The position numbers were made by a program, and so were the translations under genes. A stretch of 64,000 nucleotides of DNA, from contig OZ024741.1 of assembly GCA_964016885.1 (NCBI GenBank), positions 379,440,001 to 379,504,000 of the forward strand. Reading direction: 5' to 3'. This document shows, piece after piece, positions 12,888 through 28,609 of the stretch; within the stretch, counting starts at the first letter, position 1; each line of letters starts with the position of its first letter. This DNA is from Eledone cirrhosa. Lineage: Eukaryota. The notes below the pieces were generated by a model. It was not told where the DNA came from. It was given only the letters and a program-made list of their open reading frames with translations, and did no database searches.

Positions 12888-13070
12888 GTGGATTGGCAGT
12901 ATCGGTAGAGGGTCGGACGCAATGCTTTGCAGCACAGAATTACGGCCCTGTATGGTCTGAGTTCAAATCCCGCCGAGGTTAAATATGCCTTTCATTCTTA
13001 CGGACTCGATGAAATAAAGTACCAGTAATGCACTGGAAAAATTGCTGGCCTTGTGCTAAAAGTAGAAATA
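12888..13070 (+). mobile_element. tRNA-derived SINE (family 1); a 3' half-copy lies at 12808-12875
   Basis: A box TGGCAGTATCGGT, B box GAGTTCAAATCCC, tail GATGAAATAAAGTACCAGTAATG. Confidence 0.8.
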
Positions 13071-13412
13071 ATTATATATAGAAAATATGCATATGCTATT
13101 TGTAAACACATATCATAATCGATAAAGCTCAGTGTGTGGTCATGCTCCTTCGTTATAGAAATCTACGATATAGAATATCTTCAATTGAAATTTACAATAC
13201 AGTATTCGAAATAGTTTCGATTGCGTCTTGACGCAGATAATTTTTTCAATTTCGCCCACAATTACGCAAAAAACAGATAAAACTCAATATTTTTACGATT
13301 TTTCTCTCTTATTTAAACTGCTGAACTCTTTCTACTACCATTCAAAATCTATACAACTTCATACTCTCTGCTACTTTCTCTTTCCAAGCATGATGGTGAT
13401 ACTGTCCGTTCA

Positions 13413-13825
13413 CACCACTCCCTACTGTCTTAAATATAGAAAACACATATCCTCTATGAGGTTACTAAACCTGCTAGAAACAGCAGCTAACTCTCCTCCA
13501 TATCACACCCATCCTCACACCACTCCCTACTGTCTTAAATTTAGAAAACACATATCCTCTATGAGGTTACTAAACCTGCTAGAAACAACAGCTAACTCTC
13601 CCCCATATCACACCACTCCCTACTGTCTTAAATTTAGAAAACATATCTTCTATGAGGTCACTAAACCTGCTAGAAACAGCAGCTAACTCTCCCCATATCA
13701 CACCACTCCCTACTGTCTTAAATTTAGAAAACACATATCCTCTATGAGGTCACTAAACCTGCTAGAAACAACAGCTAACTCTCCCTCATATCACAACCCT
13801 CCCTACTGTCTTAAATTTAGAAAAT
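13413..13825. repeat. Tandem array of ~90-105-bp unit (~4.3 copies)
   Basis: CACCACTCCCTACTGTCTTAAATTTAGAAAACACATATCCTCTATGAGG..CTAAACCTGCTAGAAAC..CAGCTAACTCTCC repeated. Confidence 0.9.
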
Positions 13826-14083
13826 ACACAGACAACCATGCAGAACCACTCCATCGCAGCTCTGTTGTTCGGCTGGCATCGTCTACGCGCGTGTTGCGCA
13901 AGTACTGTGAAACAATAAATTTCAACACTTTTTTGCACAGAGATAATATCCATAGGCGAAACTACAATTGTCACTGCTGGCGCAACTCATGCTTCCAGAT
14001 CTGCAATTCATTCACCCAGTGCCTAGCAGACAAAAAAGTGCTGCCATAAAATGGGTGGTGCAACCTAACTTTGGTAACTTAAT

Positions 14084-14114
14084 GACCCCGAGCAACGCCG
14101 GGCTTTAATGCTAG
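14084..14114 (+). mobile_element. Helitron 3' terminus
   Basis: GACCCCGAGCAACGCCGGGCTTTAATGCTAG|T, nearly identical to the 2447 terminus. Confidence 0.7.
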
Positions 14115-14224
14115 TATATATATAAAGACTAAAGTCTGTCTTATGCCAGAAGACTGATTTTGGTCGGTGCTTAACACGGTTTCAAGGCATGAAGCGACTG
14201 ATGGTACAAGACAGATAGAGGCCA

Positions 14225-14357
14225 ATTTCAGCTGAGGATAATGGAACAACATGAAATATAGTGTTCTGCTCAAGAAACACAACAAGCAGCCGGGGAATCG
14301 AACCCACGACATTATGATCGTAAGTCTAATACCCTTACCACTAGGCCACTTGCTTCC
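14225..14357 (-). mobile_element. tRNA-derived SINE (family 2)
   Basis: Minus strand: TGGCCTAGTGGT (A box), GGGTTCGATTCCC (B box), then TTCTTGAGCAGAACACT core. Confidence 0.75.
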
Positions 14358-14387
14358 ACACATACATATGTGTGTGTGTGTGCGTGT

Positions 14388-14431
<44 letters not shown>

Positions 14432-14756
14432 CTTCCACTACTACTACTACTGACTAAATTATTTGTTACACTTCAATTTGTATTTATTTCTTATATCTTA
14501 GTAATTTTCTTATTTACCTCCATTTTTACTACCATGATTACCATTGTGTGTATGATTAAATTTGATATTCTTTATATATTTATTCCTTGATTTTTACTCA
14601 ACTTTTACCTAAATTTATTTCACTACACTAGACTATTCATTTCTGTGCTGTTTGTTTTCTGAATTCACTTGTGCACACCCTGACCATAACGTTATCTAGT
14701 AACCCATACACGATACCACGTGTCCCGCTACAAGAAACGTTACTTTTTATTAATTG

Positions 14757-14900
14757 TTTCTACTCTTTGACACAAAGCCAGCAATTACCCCAGTGCATTA
14801 CTAGTACTTTAATTTATCGACCCCGTAAGGATGAAAAGCAAACTTAACATAGGCGGTATTTGAACTCAGTCCGACCCTCTACCGATACTGCCAATCCACC
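14757..14900 (-). mobile_element. SINE family 1, internally deleted
   Basis: Reverse complement similar to 12888-13070. Confidence 0.7.
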
Positions 14901-16023
14901 GATCTCTTTCACATATTTACCAAACAATAACTAGTTGTTTAAATATCGTTATATATATATATTTATTTATTTAATTATCCAATCCCACCACTTAGGATTC
15001 ACTCAACATATACGAAGTATTTCTCATACTATAATAATTACAGAGAGGCATACGTACGTTGTAGTATTAAAGTGTATATATCTATACCTCACCTATATTT
15101 ACTATAGTGTAGAATGAACTTATATCCTATATGTATATATAACTGATCATCGCATTAAACCTAGGTTAGCTAGAGATTGAGTATATAATTTTTCCTACTT
15201 CATTAAATCCTACTTTAATTTCACTACATTTAGGCTTTCCCTTCTTCTGTATCATTAATATCACTGATATGAATAACTAATAATTAGTTGGCATACATTG
15301 GATCACCGACTGGCTGTGACGGCTTTCTTACATGCTCTCGTAACGCCTGGGTCTGTTCACCATCCCAGAGGGCTTGGAATAAATAAATTTTCCTTTTTAA
15401 TATTCGGAAAGGTTGATAGGCCCTTGAGCCTTAGATAGACCGGGAAATCGTCACTTCACTGGTTATTGATCGCTAAACCACATTCCTTCATATAACATAG
15501 TTCAGTAGTATTTCAAACCCCTTAGGAATATAATATCGAGCAACGCAAATAACTCAAAGCTAGATATTGATATAATCTACTTTAATTTAGTTTAATTTTA
15601 TGTATTACGTTTCAACTATACACATTTCTATCATTAGGCTCATTAAAATAACTAGTATTTGTAATTGATAACTGCCTGGCGTGCGTTATTTCACCGGCCA
15701 ACACTACGTACTCTCTTGGTCACGCGGAGCATGAGCCTGTGCCCGAATAGCAGTGAATGGCAATGTAGTAGTAATAAGTATACTAACCATACAAATCCCT
15801 AACCGGCAATGTAGTAGTAATAAACATACTAAGCATACAGCCCACTGACCAAATCGGTAAAACAAAATTGCTAAGAATTCCCACTCGAAGACGGTCAGAC
15901 AAACTGTCTACAACTGCACCACTTCATCGCCTTCGAGTCAAATACTTTTTTTCTCTGCTTGCTCTCTTGGATTGCGTTTGCCATCATTCCTTATTATATA
16001 ACTATTGTGCAATATACACCTTA

Positions 16024-16673
<650 letters not shown>

Positions 16674-16899
16674 ATATATATATATATATATAGTAATAAT
16701 ATTCTTAACTCTGAAGCCGAGAATCCTTCGGTTTCCTAGTTAGAATTTTAGTCTACGACTTCAGTTATTCCATTTATGTGGTTTTGTCTGTGCGTGCAAT
16801 TGTTCTCCCCACTCCACATATGACGTATTATCTTCGTTTTTTCCGTTCATTGCCAGAGAACGTCTCTATGAACCGCCTAATAGAATATCAGTCTACGAC

Positions 16900-17110
16900 T
16901 TCTTGAATACGTTTCGCAGTGACAGTCAGTTACGCAATGACCATTAGCAAGTCCCAAAGTCAAACGCTGCAGGTTGTCGGCCTTCCTCTAATAGAGGGCT
17001 GTTTTTAGATGATCAAATCTATGTAGGTGTTTCCTGAGTAGGAACCCCTCACAAACTCTTTAGATAGGCTCCAATGAAATGTTAGAAACAATATATCTAC
17101 TGAAGTTCTG
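16900..17110 (+). mobile_element. Helitron helicase C-terminal remnant
   Basis: YAMTISKSQSQTLQVVGL..CF..QIYVGVS*VG; homologous to 10411-10584. Confidence 0.65.
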
Positions 17111-17416
17111 TAAATGTCTTATAATTCTCGTAGAATCATACACATACGATTATGCACAAAATCCCATACATGAATACTCGATAACACTTTTCAAATGAAA
17201 CACAACATATGTTTGCAGCTGCAAGTGCCCAGTGTGGGGGTCACATAGAATGACATCTTATTTACTTAGAAAGACTGCCACACATTCTCCCATTAACCTA
17301 TCGATTTCTCACTTAACAATGGTCGACTTTTATTTACAACATTTGCAGACGCTGGCTCTAGTATTGTAAAAAGATTCCCACACTCCTATAAAAACACAAA
17401 GATTTACACACACACA

Positions 17417-17562
<146 letters not shown>

Positions 17563-18774
17563 TATTTATTTATTTGATGATCTACTAATAAGAATTGGAA
17601 TTTAATTCTAAAGTATTTGGGCATCGAAGCAAAATAACTAATTAATTCAGTCTGGCTTGAAATGATATTCTAATTTAACTTCAAAGGCCTTTAATTAGTA
17701 GTAGAAAAGCAATTGTAATGTAAAACATAACATCTTCAAAGATATCCGTAGATGTAAAATTTCAGGAAAAAATATTTTACAAATGATACGTTAAAAATAT
17801 GGGATATATGATGTCAAACAATATTAACCGCATTTTCAAATTATTTGTTATTTATTTCTATGTCCAATAGGACAACATACAGGTTGTTCTGTCTTCTTAG
17901 CATGCAAGTTGTAGCGCATGTGGAAAAAATACAATTTATACAACTCAGTTATGTCTTTAGGTAGAATACAACGAATGGCTATTACCAGAATGTTCAGTGA
18001 TCAGTTGTTCTTATATTGGAGAACTTATTGTAAGTTTTGAGCCTTATGCTTGTAATGTTTCTTAGGAATATATATATGTATAGTAAATACATTCAAATAA
18101 ATCATTCATATTACATGTCGATACTTCTAAATGTGTCATATAGAGATTACTAGGACTAACTAAGTCAGATAAAAGAAACAATATATATTCCCATGTATCT
18201 GGGAATTTGGAAGATTTATTTTGAATTAACAACAGAATTAGAAGAAAATGAATTCTTAAGAGGTTATATGTTTACGTGTTCAAAGGCGCCTCCTGTAACT
18301 GATGTATTACACTAAATTAAACATTGTAGCGATTTTAAGAAATTCAATAGAAATTTTGTATTGGATTTGAACCTAAACAAATATAAAGTTTGTTTGATTC
18401 TATGCAAGTTTTCCTATTCCAAGAATCGATGCACTGACAGACTTTATCTTAACGTTTTCTGGGGAGAAATATAGTATGGTTTATCTAGAAATGTTCAATT
18501 CTTTATAGGACATCGTGGAACATTTTCAGAGATTTCATGATATGGAAGTTATTTTTACACCAGCCACGATGTCAAAATCCTTGCAGTAGGCATCTAAGGG
18601 TCAATATTTGCAATACAGGTAAAAGCAATTGCAAGAACATAAGTAAGCTCTATGAACGCTTGTACTGATATTTAGTACATTTTTATATAGATTGTAAAAG
18701 CATTATAAATATTACTTAGAATTTCGACATGAAAGTTTACAGATTTACAAGATATATCCTTCCCTCCCCCTCTC

Positions 18775-18836
<62 letters not shown>

Positions 18837-18869
18837 TACATATATTTATATATATATATAGAGAGAGAG

Positions 18870-19577
18870 AGAAAGATTTGAATGGATACAGTTTAGTTGA
18901 AAGGAATTTATTGACACGTGTTTCTATAACAGTTACATAACCTGAAAACATCTGCTATCTACAAAGTTTTAGTTATGCAGACATTCAATATTCCAATGTT
19001 ATTATTTACTGTCATTTCATCAGAATAATATTACTGAGGACCTATTTGGTTTTTATAGAGAATGTTAGGAGAGAGGGGTGAAGTTGTTAGAAGAATAGTT
19101 GAGGGAGTGGTCTTTTGATAGCAGTGAGAATTTTTGGTGGCAGTGAGTAATTAGATTCCCATCTGTTGTTTTGACATTTTTATAGAATATATTATTGGTT
19201 ATTTTTCTAAATCTATAGAAGGATTAGAGATAGTAAAGATATGCATGGTTGGTTTTGTGTTTGCACTTAATTAACATTCAGACTTAAATTTTTCTTTCAA
19301 GTGCACGTATCCTTTCACCCACGCATTCACACACAAATATATTTGCACACCTCTACAAAATACATATACTCACATTCACATAGTAACATGTTCATACTTA
19401 CATACATACACACATGCATACATATATATATACACACATGTATTCATGTACATACATACGCGTTCATGTGTATACATTTTCATACTCAACTTATCTTTAT
19501 ATATACACGTATAGACACACACATATATACATACATACTCTAGTCTATGTGTACATATATACATATACATACACATC

Positions 19578-19675
<98 letters not shown>

Positions 19676-20196
19676 CACTTTAATACATGAATACACCTAC
19701 ATCTAACTATACACATCAAACATATATATATATTTACTTATTTATATACATTTTCACATATATATACATACTTATGGACGTTTTTAGACACATTCATTAT
19801 CGCATATTTGCACCTATTCTCATCAGCATATCTTTCCATTATTAGTGTGGTAATTTAAGGTTATTAATATATGTTGAGAAGAGATTGTTTTTATATTTTT
19901 CTAACTAGATTGAGGTTTATATAGTTGGGGGGATGTCCCTCTTTTATGTAATATTCGGCTTGTAGTGGGAAAAAAGGGTTTTAGTTCTGTGACGGCAGAA
20001 TAATGTTCGTTCAATTCTGTTATTCAGCAATTTCTTCTTGTGTGTGATTATGTAATACATCTCAGGATTACACAATTTGCAGAAATTTTGGCTCCTGGAA
20101 AAGCTTTGGATTTTAGCTAATTTCTCCCATTTTAGGGTAAACTTTTGATCGCTATCCCTGAGCGTCCAAGCCTTTTCTGCTAAAGTTGTTACATTA
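18870..20196 (-). mobile_element. 5'-truncated PLE (GIY-YIG C-terminus, 3' UTR, HHR)
   Basis: Minus 20196-19960: VTTLAEKAWTLR..FTLKWEKL..FCKLCNPEMYYI..LLNNRIERTLFCRHR, homologous to the end of ORF 4390-5325; HHR at 18908-19028. Confidence 0.8.
18908..19028 (-). ncRNA. Type I HHR with extended stem II
   Basis: Inverted copy of 20606-20726. Confidence 0.7.
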
Positions 20197-20271
20197 GTTG
20201 AAATGAATTTATTGACACGTGTTTCTATAACAGTTACATAACCTGAAAACAGCTGCTATCTACATATATAT

Positions 20272-20884
20272 ATATATAAATGAAAGGTATAGAAAATAGA
20301 AAATAGTGTAGCAAAAACCCAACAGTATTCCATAATATATATATGTATATATATATATAAATATATTTACCTTATGTGGTGCCAATGTCGATGAATGTGG
20401 TTATTGGCATCAAACAAGCTTTAGTTATGAAATAAACAATAATATATTCTATAAAAATGTCAAAACAACAGATGAGAATATAATTACTCACTGCCACCAA
20501 AAATTCTCACTGCTATCAAAAAACCACTCCCTCAACTATTCTGCTAACAACTTCACCCCTCCCTCCTAATATTCTCTATAAAATCCAAATAGGTCCTCAG
20601 TAATATTATTCTGATGAAATAACAGTAAATAATAACATTGAAATATTGAATGTGTGCATAACTAAAACTTTGTAGATAGCAGCTGTTTTCAGGTTATGTA
20701 ACTGTTATAGAAACACGTGTCAATAAATTCCTTTCAACTAAACTGTATCCATTCAAATCTTTCTATTTTTCTCCGGATTACTTTTGGAACTACAACTGGA
20801 ACCGTCGAGAAAACTCTACGTGAGCTGTCAATCTACTGTGTGTAATATTTATATTACAACACAACGGAAAATACTGTATATATA

Positions 20885-20953
<69 letters not shown>

Positions 20954-21103
20954 GAAAGGTATAGAAAATAGAAAATAGTGTAGCAAAAACCCAACAGTAT
21001 TCCATAATATATATATGTATATATATATATAAATATATTTACCTTATGTGGTGCCAATGTCGATGAATGTGGTTATTGACATCAAACAAGCTTTAGTTAT
21101 GAA
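20272..21103. repeat. ~160-bp direct repeats (20272-20432, 20943-21103) flanking an inverted pLTR copy
   Basis: AAATGAAAGGTATAGAAAATAGAAAATAGTG...CAAGCTTTAGTTATGAAA present twice. Confidence 0.85.
20606..20726 (+). ncRNA. Type I HHR with extended stem II
   Basis: UUAUU-CUGAUGA-aAUAACAGU..~75 nt..ACUGUUAUa-GAAA-CACGUG-UC^AAUAA; palindromic stem III ACACGUGU. Confidence 0.75.
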
Positions 21104-21234
21104 ACTATTTTGTGACAAGGAAACAACAAAAATCGACATTTCATTCATTCATTTAAGACATTTCACGTTAACCCCGTTTCTGGAATATTCTGTGAGGATA
21201 TGTGTCTCAGCAATCATGTTGGATGCTCGAATAA

Positions 21235-21320
21235 TCCTGGTAGCATTCTTCCATGCCCATTCGTTCTAGGTGAAATCGTTCCCCATCTTTGTCACTTAGA
21301 TAACCGTGGTTATCAAATAA
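21235..21320 (-). mobile_element. Chapaev3-like transposase C-terminal remnant
   Basis: FDNHGYLSDKDGERFHLERMGMEECYQ resembles the family motif NLGxxSDExGERFHQDxxxMExRYQ. Confidence 0.55.
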
Positions 21321-24300
21321 TTTTTATTTGTTCCCGATGTGTAGTTATATTTCGTTTGAGAATGGAGCTCTTTATCACATGAATATATAATGAGATCCTG
21401 TTTTATATGTGCGTCTATAACAGCTTCCCCACCGATATGAATAGCTGGGCAACCATGCTACCAATAACTTTCACCGCATCTAAATACTCGCCAACTAAAG
21501 ACCTGAACTATAAATTATCTCTGTTATTTTAACTGCATTCCTTTGTCACCAGAAAATAATTTGCGAATGATCAAGTTCTCTCGTGATAGGCTGTAATATT
21601 AATGTTTAACATAGTGCCTATTGTGTGAATTTTTCAACGAGAAAAATCCCTATATATTGAATGATTTAAATGATGGCCAGTCTTTTAGTGAAACACAATT
21701 CCATCTATGTGGGTGCAAGTAGTATAATAAAATATCTTCAGTATAATACTAGTTAATTATTTTCTTCTGTCTTGAGTAATTAAATCAACGTTAGCTTCAT
21801 CATATTATACGAAGACAAAATTCAATTCAGGAACACCTTAATACTACATGATCATTAAATGCTATGTTTCCATGCCCATTCACTATTATCTCCAGCTGCA
21901 GGAATTTGTAAGCATTTAGATTCTATATACTTTTCTTTGCTTCTTTGAAATAATGGATGTCATGGAAGAATGGAAGAAAAAACAGATTTAATAGTTATCT
22001 AATAATGAGGGAAAGGAGCTAAATGACAGCTATTTCAAGCATTGACTAGAAGATTACTTCTCGTGTATCACACTAGCTTGCTATAAATAGAAAGATTTCT
22101 TTTAACCCTATCAAAGCTATAAGAACTGTACAGGTAAAATGATATTTAGTTTATATGTGGTGAATTTAAATAATTTGACTGAATTTTGTGCGATAGTTAT
22201 ACAGCTAACAGATTTTAAGAGTATTTTTTAAAGTATTATTTAGTTTTCACAGTAATCCAAACTTTAACAAACAATTAAAGGAAGAAATGCAATTTCATGG
22301 ATACTAATTCTGTTTATCTTTTTTATAACTAAATTAGTTTGGGGCCAACGTGTCGTTTTTAACAGACACCAAACTTAAATATTTCTTTCTGTAGTGCAGT
22401 TGATCAGATGTTTCAAGATTTTTTCTTTGCACGCGAAAGTTTTTTCTAAGGTGATTATTTCCACATTACATTATTTAATTTCACAATACTTGATGCATGT
22501 GTGTCAAAGCTAACATTCGAGTGTATGTGTCAGTCTATGTGAATATACGTGTCATCCTTGTGTGTGTGTATTTGTGTGTACGTTTCCGCATTCAAATAAA
22601 ATTACATGTAACTATAGGATGAATACTGACAACCACACACTCATATGGTTTCACCTACTCACTCACACATACATTCACGCATAGACAAATCTATCGACCT
22701 GTATGGTTTGAGTCACATACACACAATAAAACCATCATACACATTCACTCATATACACATACAGACATATGATCAGATAAATCTCAGAACGATAAAATTG
22801 AGAACGTTTTCTTTTAAAGTATATCTGTATGCTGTGTGACATGGAATTTAATGTGATTGTGATTTTAGTCTATAGACATGGGTGTAAGAGAGTTAGTATT
22901 AGAGATGAGCATTACAGGTTCATCGTAATACCCAAATGTCAGTCATCAAGACGTGGTTGAGATGCTCATATAGATTAACATAAGATCAGTTCGTATTAAG
23001 TTCGTATCAGACAAAAACCATCAAATGTGATCACGTCATAAATGTTTATTTTATTCATGATGTTTAGTACAATCTTCGTCGAGATTTGACTGGGTGGCTG
23101 GTTCTATCTCTATGTGTGATTATGTACAGTTAGCTTTGTTAGCTGGTCTCATTTTTTAGACTCTGCAAAGGGATGGACTTTACTGCGTAATCAACTGAAG
23201 TACGAATTTATAGTTTCATACCAATCCGCCAGAAACTGCTCGTTATGTAATGTCCATATTTATATTCAAATTGATATGCTGATCTTATGGACGAACACAT
23301 TTGGAAGTATTTCAAACTTCAGTTTACTATTGAAAACTTTTGTTGGATTACTAAATACATCAACATTTTTTTTCTTACTTTCAAAATTAATTGAGAAATA
23401 TTGGCGGTGGATTTCAATAGAAACATGGGAAGGGAATTGTTAATCTTCACCTAAATTGCATATTACGGATATACAAGTTGCAGACATTAACCTATGATCA
23501 ACTAATATATGATAAGCTCCCTATTGGAAAATATTTGTTGGTAGTTCTGTTCTCTCAGCTCTCATTTTTGATAAATGATAACAGCAAATTTTAAACCAAT
23601 TTATCAGTCAGCCAATCCTATAGTAGCGCAAGCAAACAAAGGTACATATATACTGTCATTCTTTCTTCTGTTACACATTTAATCTTAATAATATTCAAAA
23701 GAATATACTTCGATAATGTAACCTGGATTATAATCTCCCTGAAAGCCAAACTATGCGTTAGGCATAGGCTGAATAACTTCTGTTGTAGTTATACTCCATC
23801 ATTGATGATCTTGAAAACAACAACAATCATACCCTTACATTTTGGATAATAATGCAAATGTAGCTTGCTCAAATGTCTAGCTTACATTCACAAAGGAAAC
23901 ATTTGTGTTAATATTGTCTTCTTTTTCATTGACACATATAGCTCTCTCCTTAGATTTTAAGCCTCATTTTATCATATATTCTAACACTGATTTCTCAATT
24001 ATTTTATTAAGATGGCATCTCAACGTTTTTAATTTCTACACATTTGCCTACGCCAATTAAATGTAATTTTAATTTGTCTTTATTCCATCATTCATTCAAC
24101 AAGTACGTTAATGACTGTAATTGTTGCCGATAAATACTCCATAATATTGTCTAGATTTACTACAAACACACTATACGTACATTGCCAAAATATTAAATTA
24201 ATGTTACAGATTAACTAACATTTATTTATATAATGCGAATAACACATTCTATTCATTATATGTGTTAAACCATTATATAATTTTATCATTTTTGAATTGA

Positions 24301-25080
24301 GTACCATCGCCGAATTAATTTCCATTGGAACAATTCTAATGTCCGGCACTAATAATGTGTAATTATTGGTTCGCTCATTAATGCTCCTGCAGGTATGGTA
24401 ACAAGTATTCGTCACTGATTTAGGAATTACCATTAGTTTTTGCTTCGGTTTCATGTTCCAGCCGACACAAATAATATTAACAATTGATAAATAGTATAAA
24501 TCCATCATTGACAAATAATATCCAGTTAATTTTTTATTTCAATTTTCTGTATTAAATATGTTAACACTATTTTAAATATCAGGAAGATGAGAGTGTTAGC
24601 TATATAGTTGATTTTCAGGTTGTATTATTGTGCACAGTGTCTATATCGGAACTAATTTTTTCTAGCACACCCATCATGACTTACAAGATTTCCGACACCA
24701 TACCAGACCGATGCTTTTAGATTCCTAAGTTAGATATAAAGCACACATATCAGAAACGAGTAGAACATAACATGTGGAGCGTCTGTACATCGCAACTACT
24801 TTATTGTAATGACTGAAGCTTGGCACAATTCAAAAAAATGACGTAAATACCGGAAGGTGTTTGTTTTTGTTTAAGTTTCACTGGAATCCCCAAAGTAACC
24901 AACCTATTACCATATATTCTGTCCCCTAACATAAGTAAATAGCCAGGCATTTTCTAGATAAAAGAGTTCTTGCAATTGATTTCGTTACTTTACTGAGTCT
25001 ATTTATGGATTCTCAATAGACGAAAGTGAAAGATGGCTTTGGTAGGATTTGAGCATACATAGAACGTAATTAAATTAGTA

Positions 25081-25263
25081 GTTTCTACATTTGGCACAAG
25101 GCCATCAATTCCCCAGTACATTACTGGTACTTTATTTTATCGACGCCGTAAGGATGAAAGGCAAAGTTAACCTCGGTGGGAGTTGAACTCAGATCCTAAA
25201 GGGACGTAACTATGCTGGAAAGCATGGCGTTCGACCCTCTACTGATACTGCCAATCCACCGCC
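25081..25263 (-). mobile_element. SINE family 1, full length
   Basis: Reverse complement of the 12888-13070 type with A and B boxes. Confidence 0.8.
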
Positions 25264-28200
25264 CTTTGTGTATGAACGTAATCAAATTAATGCGTATGAT
25301 TTAGTCCGAGTCTCATAATTCTGCCAACCAATCAACTTATCCTTACTATCCAAAAATATATATGAAATGATATCATTAATTGATATTGAATGATACATTA
25401 ATAATTAATGCGTAAATTATTATTTGTATTAATCATGCTTCATATAAGGAATATTTTAATGTTTTCGCATATAAAATGTTTCATGTTCAAAATTATTTTC
25501 TTTGATTATATTATATTACTATAATCTTGTCAGTAATAGGTGCTGCGTAAGATAACTATATTAAAATGATGAAGACTTCATCAGTTAAAATGCATTTAGG
25601 GTTCATAACGTTATCATTAACCATGAATAAATTGTCTTTACTACTTGCACCAAATGCAGTACTACTCTCACAAGGTTACGCATGTATATACAAATATGTG
25701 AATATATATAGGTCTGCGTGTGTAACTGTCTGTGTGTCTGTGTTTATTTGGGTGTGTACGTGGGCTGTGTATGAATGTGCGTGTCATTTTAAATATTACA
25801 TTTGGGTTAATATATCTAATTAGTACTCATCCAAACATTGATTGATATTTTTGGCGTCAAGTAACATTCCCTAGTGGAAATAAGAGGAATAATTATCGTG
25901 CTTATGTCTGATGTTTCTTGATGATTTCAGAACACATATGGGCGTGAAATCTATAAGCTTTATTGTAACAACATAGAAAGTTTGAAACACCTCCTGTTCT
26001 CCAAGGTGCAAATAATCTGCTATAAACTTTGACGAATTTATGTTACGTATACTGAATGTGTGTTAGTATATATACATCCATACGTTGCTAATTTGATTGA
26101 TAACGGCACTATCAGTGTATAAAGGAGATTTTTATATTTTTTCAATCTATAAAAAAGAGGAGATAAAGTGGGAGAGAACCGGCACACTCAATGATACATC
26201 CAACAGAGACACTACTGTTTCCCCGTAATAATTTCTGAGGTAAGCGAACGAAAGTACTAATCAGATTAGACTGTACAGCAGTGAGGTTGAATGAAGCGTT
26301 AACTCATCAGCTCTAGTGATTTTGGAAACGTCCAATTGATGTCCGATAAATGACTGCCAAAGACAGACTTCTACATATAATTGCAGAAATTGCAGGTTAT
26401 CTAAGAACTGTACATTAATAATATAATATGAACATGAATGAACGTTAATATTGAAGGGTCTCCCTAGGTGTTTCATGTTCCTAGCCGTTTTCGTTTATTG
26501 TAAGCATTTGTAATGTTTTCCAATGGAAAAGGCATACTAATGTTGGCATAAAACCAGCAATGGTGCAGGAAAGCAATTTCGATCGTAAAGACGACAGATT
26601 TTGACAGGTCCTATCTTTGACGAACGCTGCAATGTTGAAAAGTGAGATGAAATTCGCTTTACATCCTTTCGATGTCAATGACATAAAATGCCATTCAAAT
26701 ACTGGGGTTTCATTTAATCAATAATAACATATTGTAAAAATGCTGGTCTTGAGTTGTGATTATAAATCACCATATTAGAACTAGTACTAATTTTGCATGG
26801 ATTATATTTGGGTTTGTGCGTGTGCATGTGTGCGATTGTATGTTTGTAAGTGAGTGCTTGAGTATGCAGGAGCGTGTGGTTAGAGTTTGGCTGGATGTAC
26901 GGCTGATCGAGAAACTGCAACGCACTTCACTGGAACCGATGGAATTCCGAAGCACAACACAACATGCGTGTATGACAAATGTGTCTTTGCATATACATGT
27001 GTTAACAAATATCGTTGTATGTATGCATTCCTGTTATTGACGTATTTTATTATAATATTTTTCGATACCTGGCGAAAATGTTATTGCCAAATAGATAAAT
27101 TATAATGGTTATATCACTGTATACATTTGAATAACAAAACGTACATTCACACATGTATACACGCACACATACATATACACAAATATGGCTGCACACATAC
27201 ACACACACATACACACACACACACACACACATACACACATACACACACACACACACACACATGTATATATACGTATGTAATTACATATATATATGTGTGT
27301 TTATATGTGTGTGTATGTGTGCGCGGGGCATTATCCGTTGATAAAAGTTCAAGTAAAACAATGCTCATCTATTGCGAGAGAGATGAATTAGCAGAAGTAA
27401 TGTTTCATAGAAGGAAAATGTATGCGTGACCTTAGGTTTCGGTGTCCAGTTAAGGCTACCAATATGTAGTGGAGGAGCTTCTTCCGAACTGTCCTTTCAT
27501 CTGGCACACGCGAAAATATGCAAAGGAATCTCTATTAGCCAAGTATATTTGGTTTTAAACAGTGAAAATAGACATTTCCGGAACAAGGGAGGTAATTCTG
27601 GAGTATTTAATCTCTTAGTTTTAATTCATCAATATATAATATGCGTGTGGTATGAGCGCCGTCATAATTATCTAAAAATACATAGCCTCCTTGAAAAAAT
27701 GTTTACCAACGGAGATTGTTAACGTGTGTGTTCCATAAATGCATGCTTTCCGTCAGGTTTACCAGCCTTATGGCAAATAGTTAAAATATCTAAGCCTTCT
27801 CTAATGGGTTTCTCAATAGCTAAAATCTGAATATGTATTATCTAAATAAAATTGTTGATCGTATGTGTGATCGTTAGATTGCAATATTAAACCGACTTTG
27901 CACAGATTATTTAGTGCACATGCGATGCGTCCACACTTTTTGTGCGTGGATAGGTAACAGAATAGAATAGGATCTTAGAGTATTTAACAGGTCCGGTGAG
28001 AGGGCATTTTATGGTGCGCGCTTCTAGTCATATAAGACACGGGCTTTCTCATTTAAACAATGTATAAAAACTTCCGTCTCGGAATTTGGGTATTTTTCAG
28101 GTGAATACAAAAGTTACTAATTTCTCGTTAAGGCTATGCGGGCCTTTCTTCGTCCTCCTTTCGTACGGAGTGGATCTCTTGAGCATTTTCCATGTGATAT

Positions 28201-28609
28201 CATGCAGTTATCTATGTGGTATCATAAACAACATTAATATGTTACACTGGAACAATACTACGTCAGTTAGATCGTGGGTTCAATGACATCCTAATTAAGA
28301 ATGAAGATAAATTCACATAGTTTGATATAACCGATTTTACCACTCTATTACTAAACCATTAAGAAAAAATGCCTTGCTTCCCTCGTACCTTCGGATTCAT
28401 CAATGATCAAGACTTCTGACCTGATTTAACACACACGAAGAAAACATATGTTCCACCACGGCCACGATTGGTTACAATATGCGACCCGGAAACTTGATCC
28501 GACCTCTCGATGGGTTCATACGAAAGCGTGTATATATGTAATATATATGTAATATTGTTAGATTTTACATAATCCATACGCTTAAACGCAAACACGCCGA
28601 CAAATCACT

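Noticed and set aside
13413-13825. CRISPR-like periodicity and ORFs 13228-13686 and 13744-14049
   Set aside because: Whole units repeat with no unique spacers, no cas genes, eukaryotic context; ordinary tandem repeat
24215-24514. 99-aa ORF as a host exon
   Set aside because: Only vague resemblance to receptor N-terminal domains; no splice or homology support available
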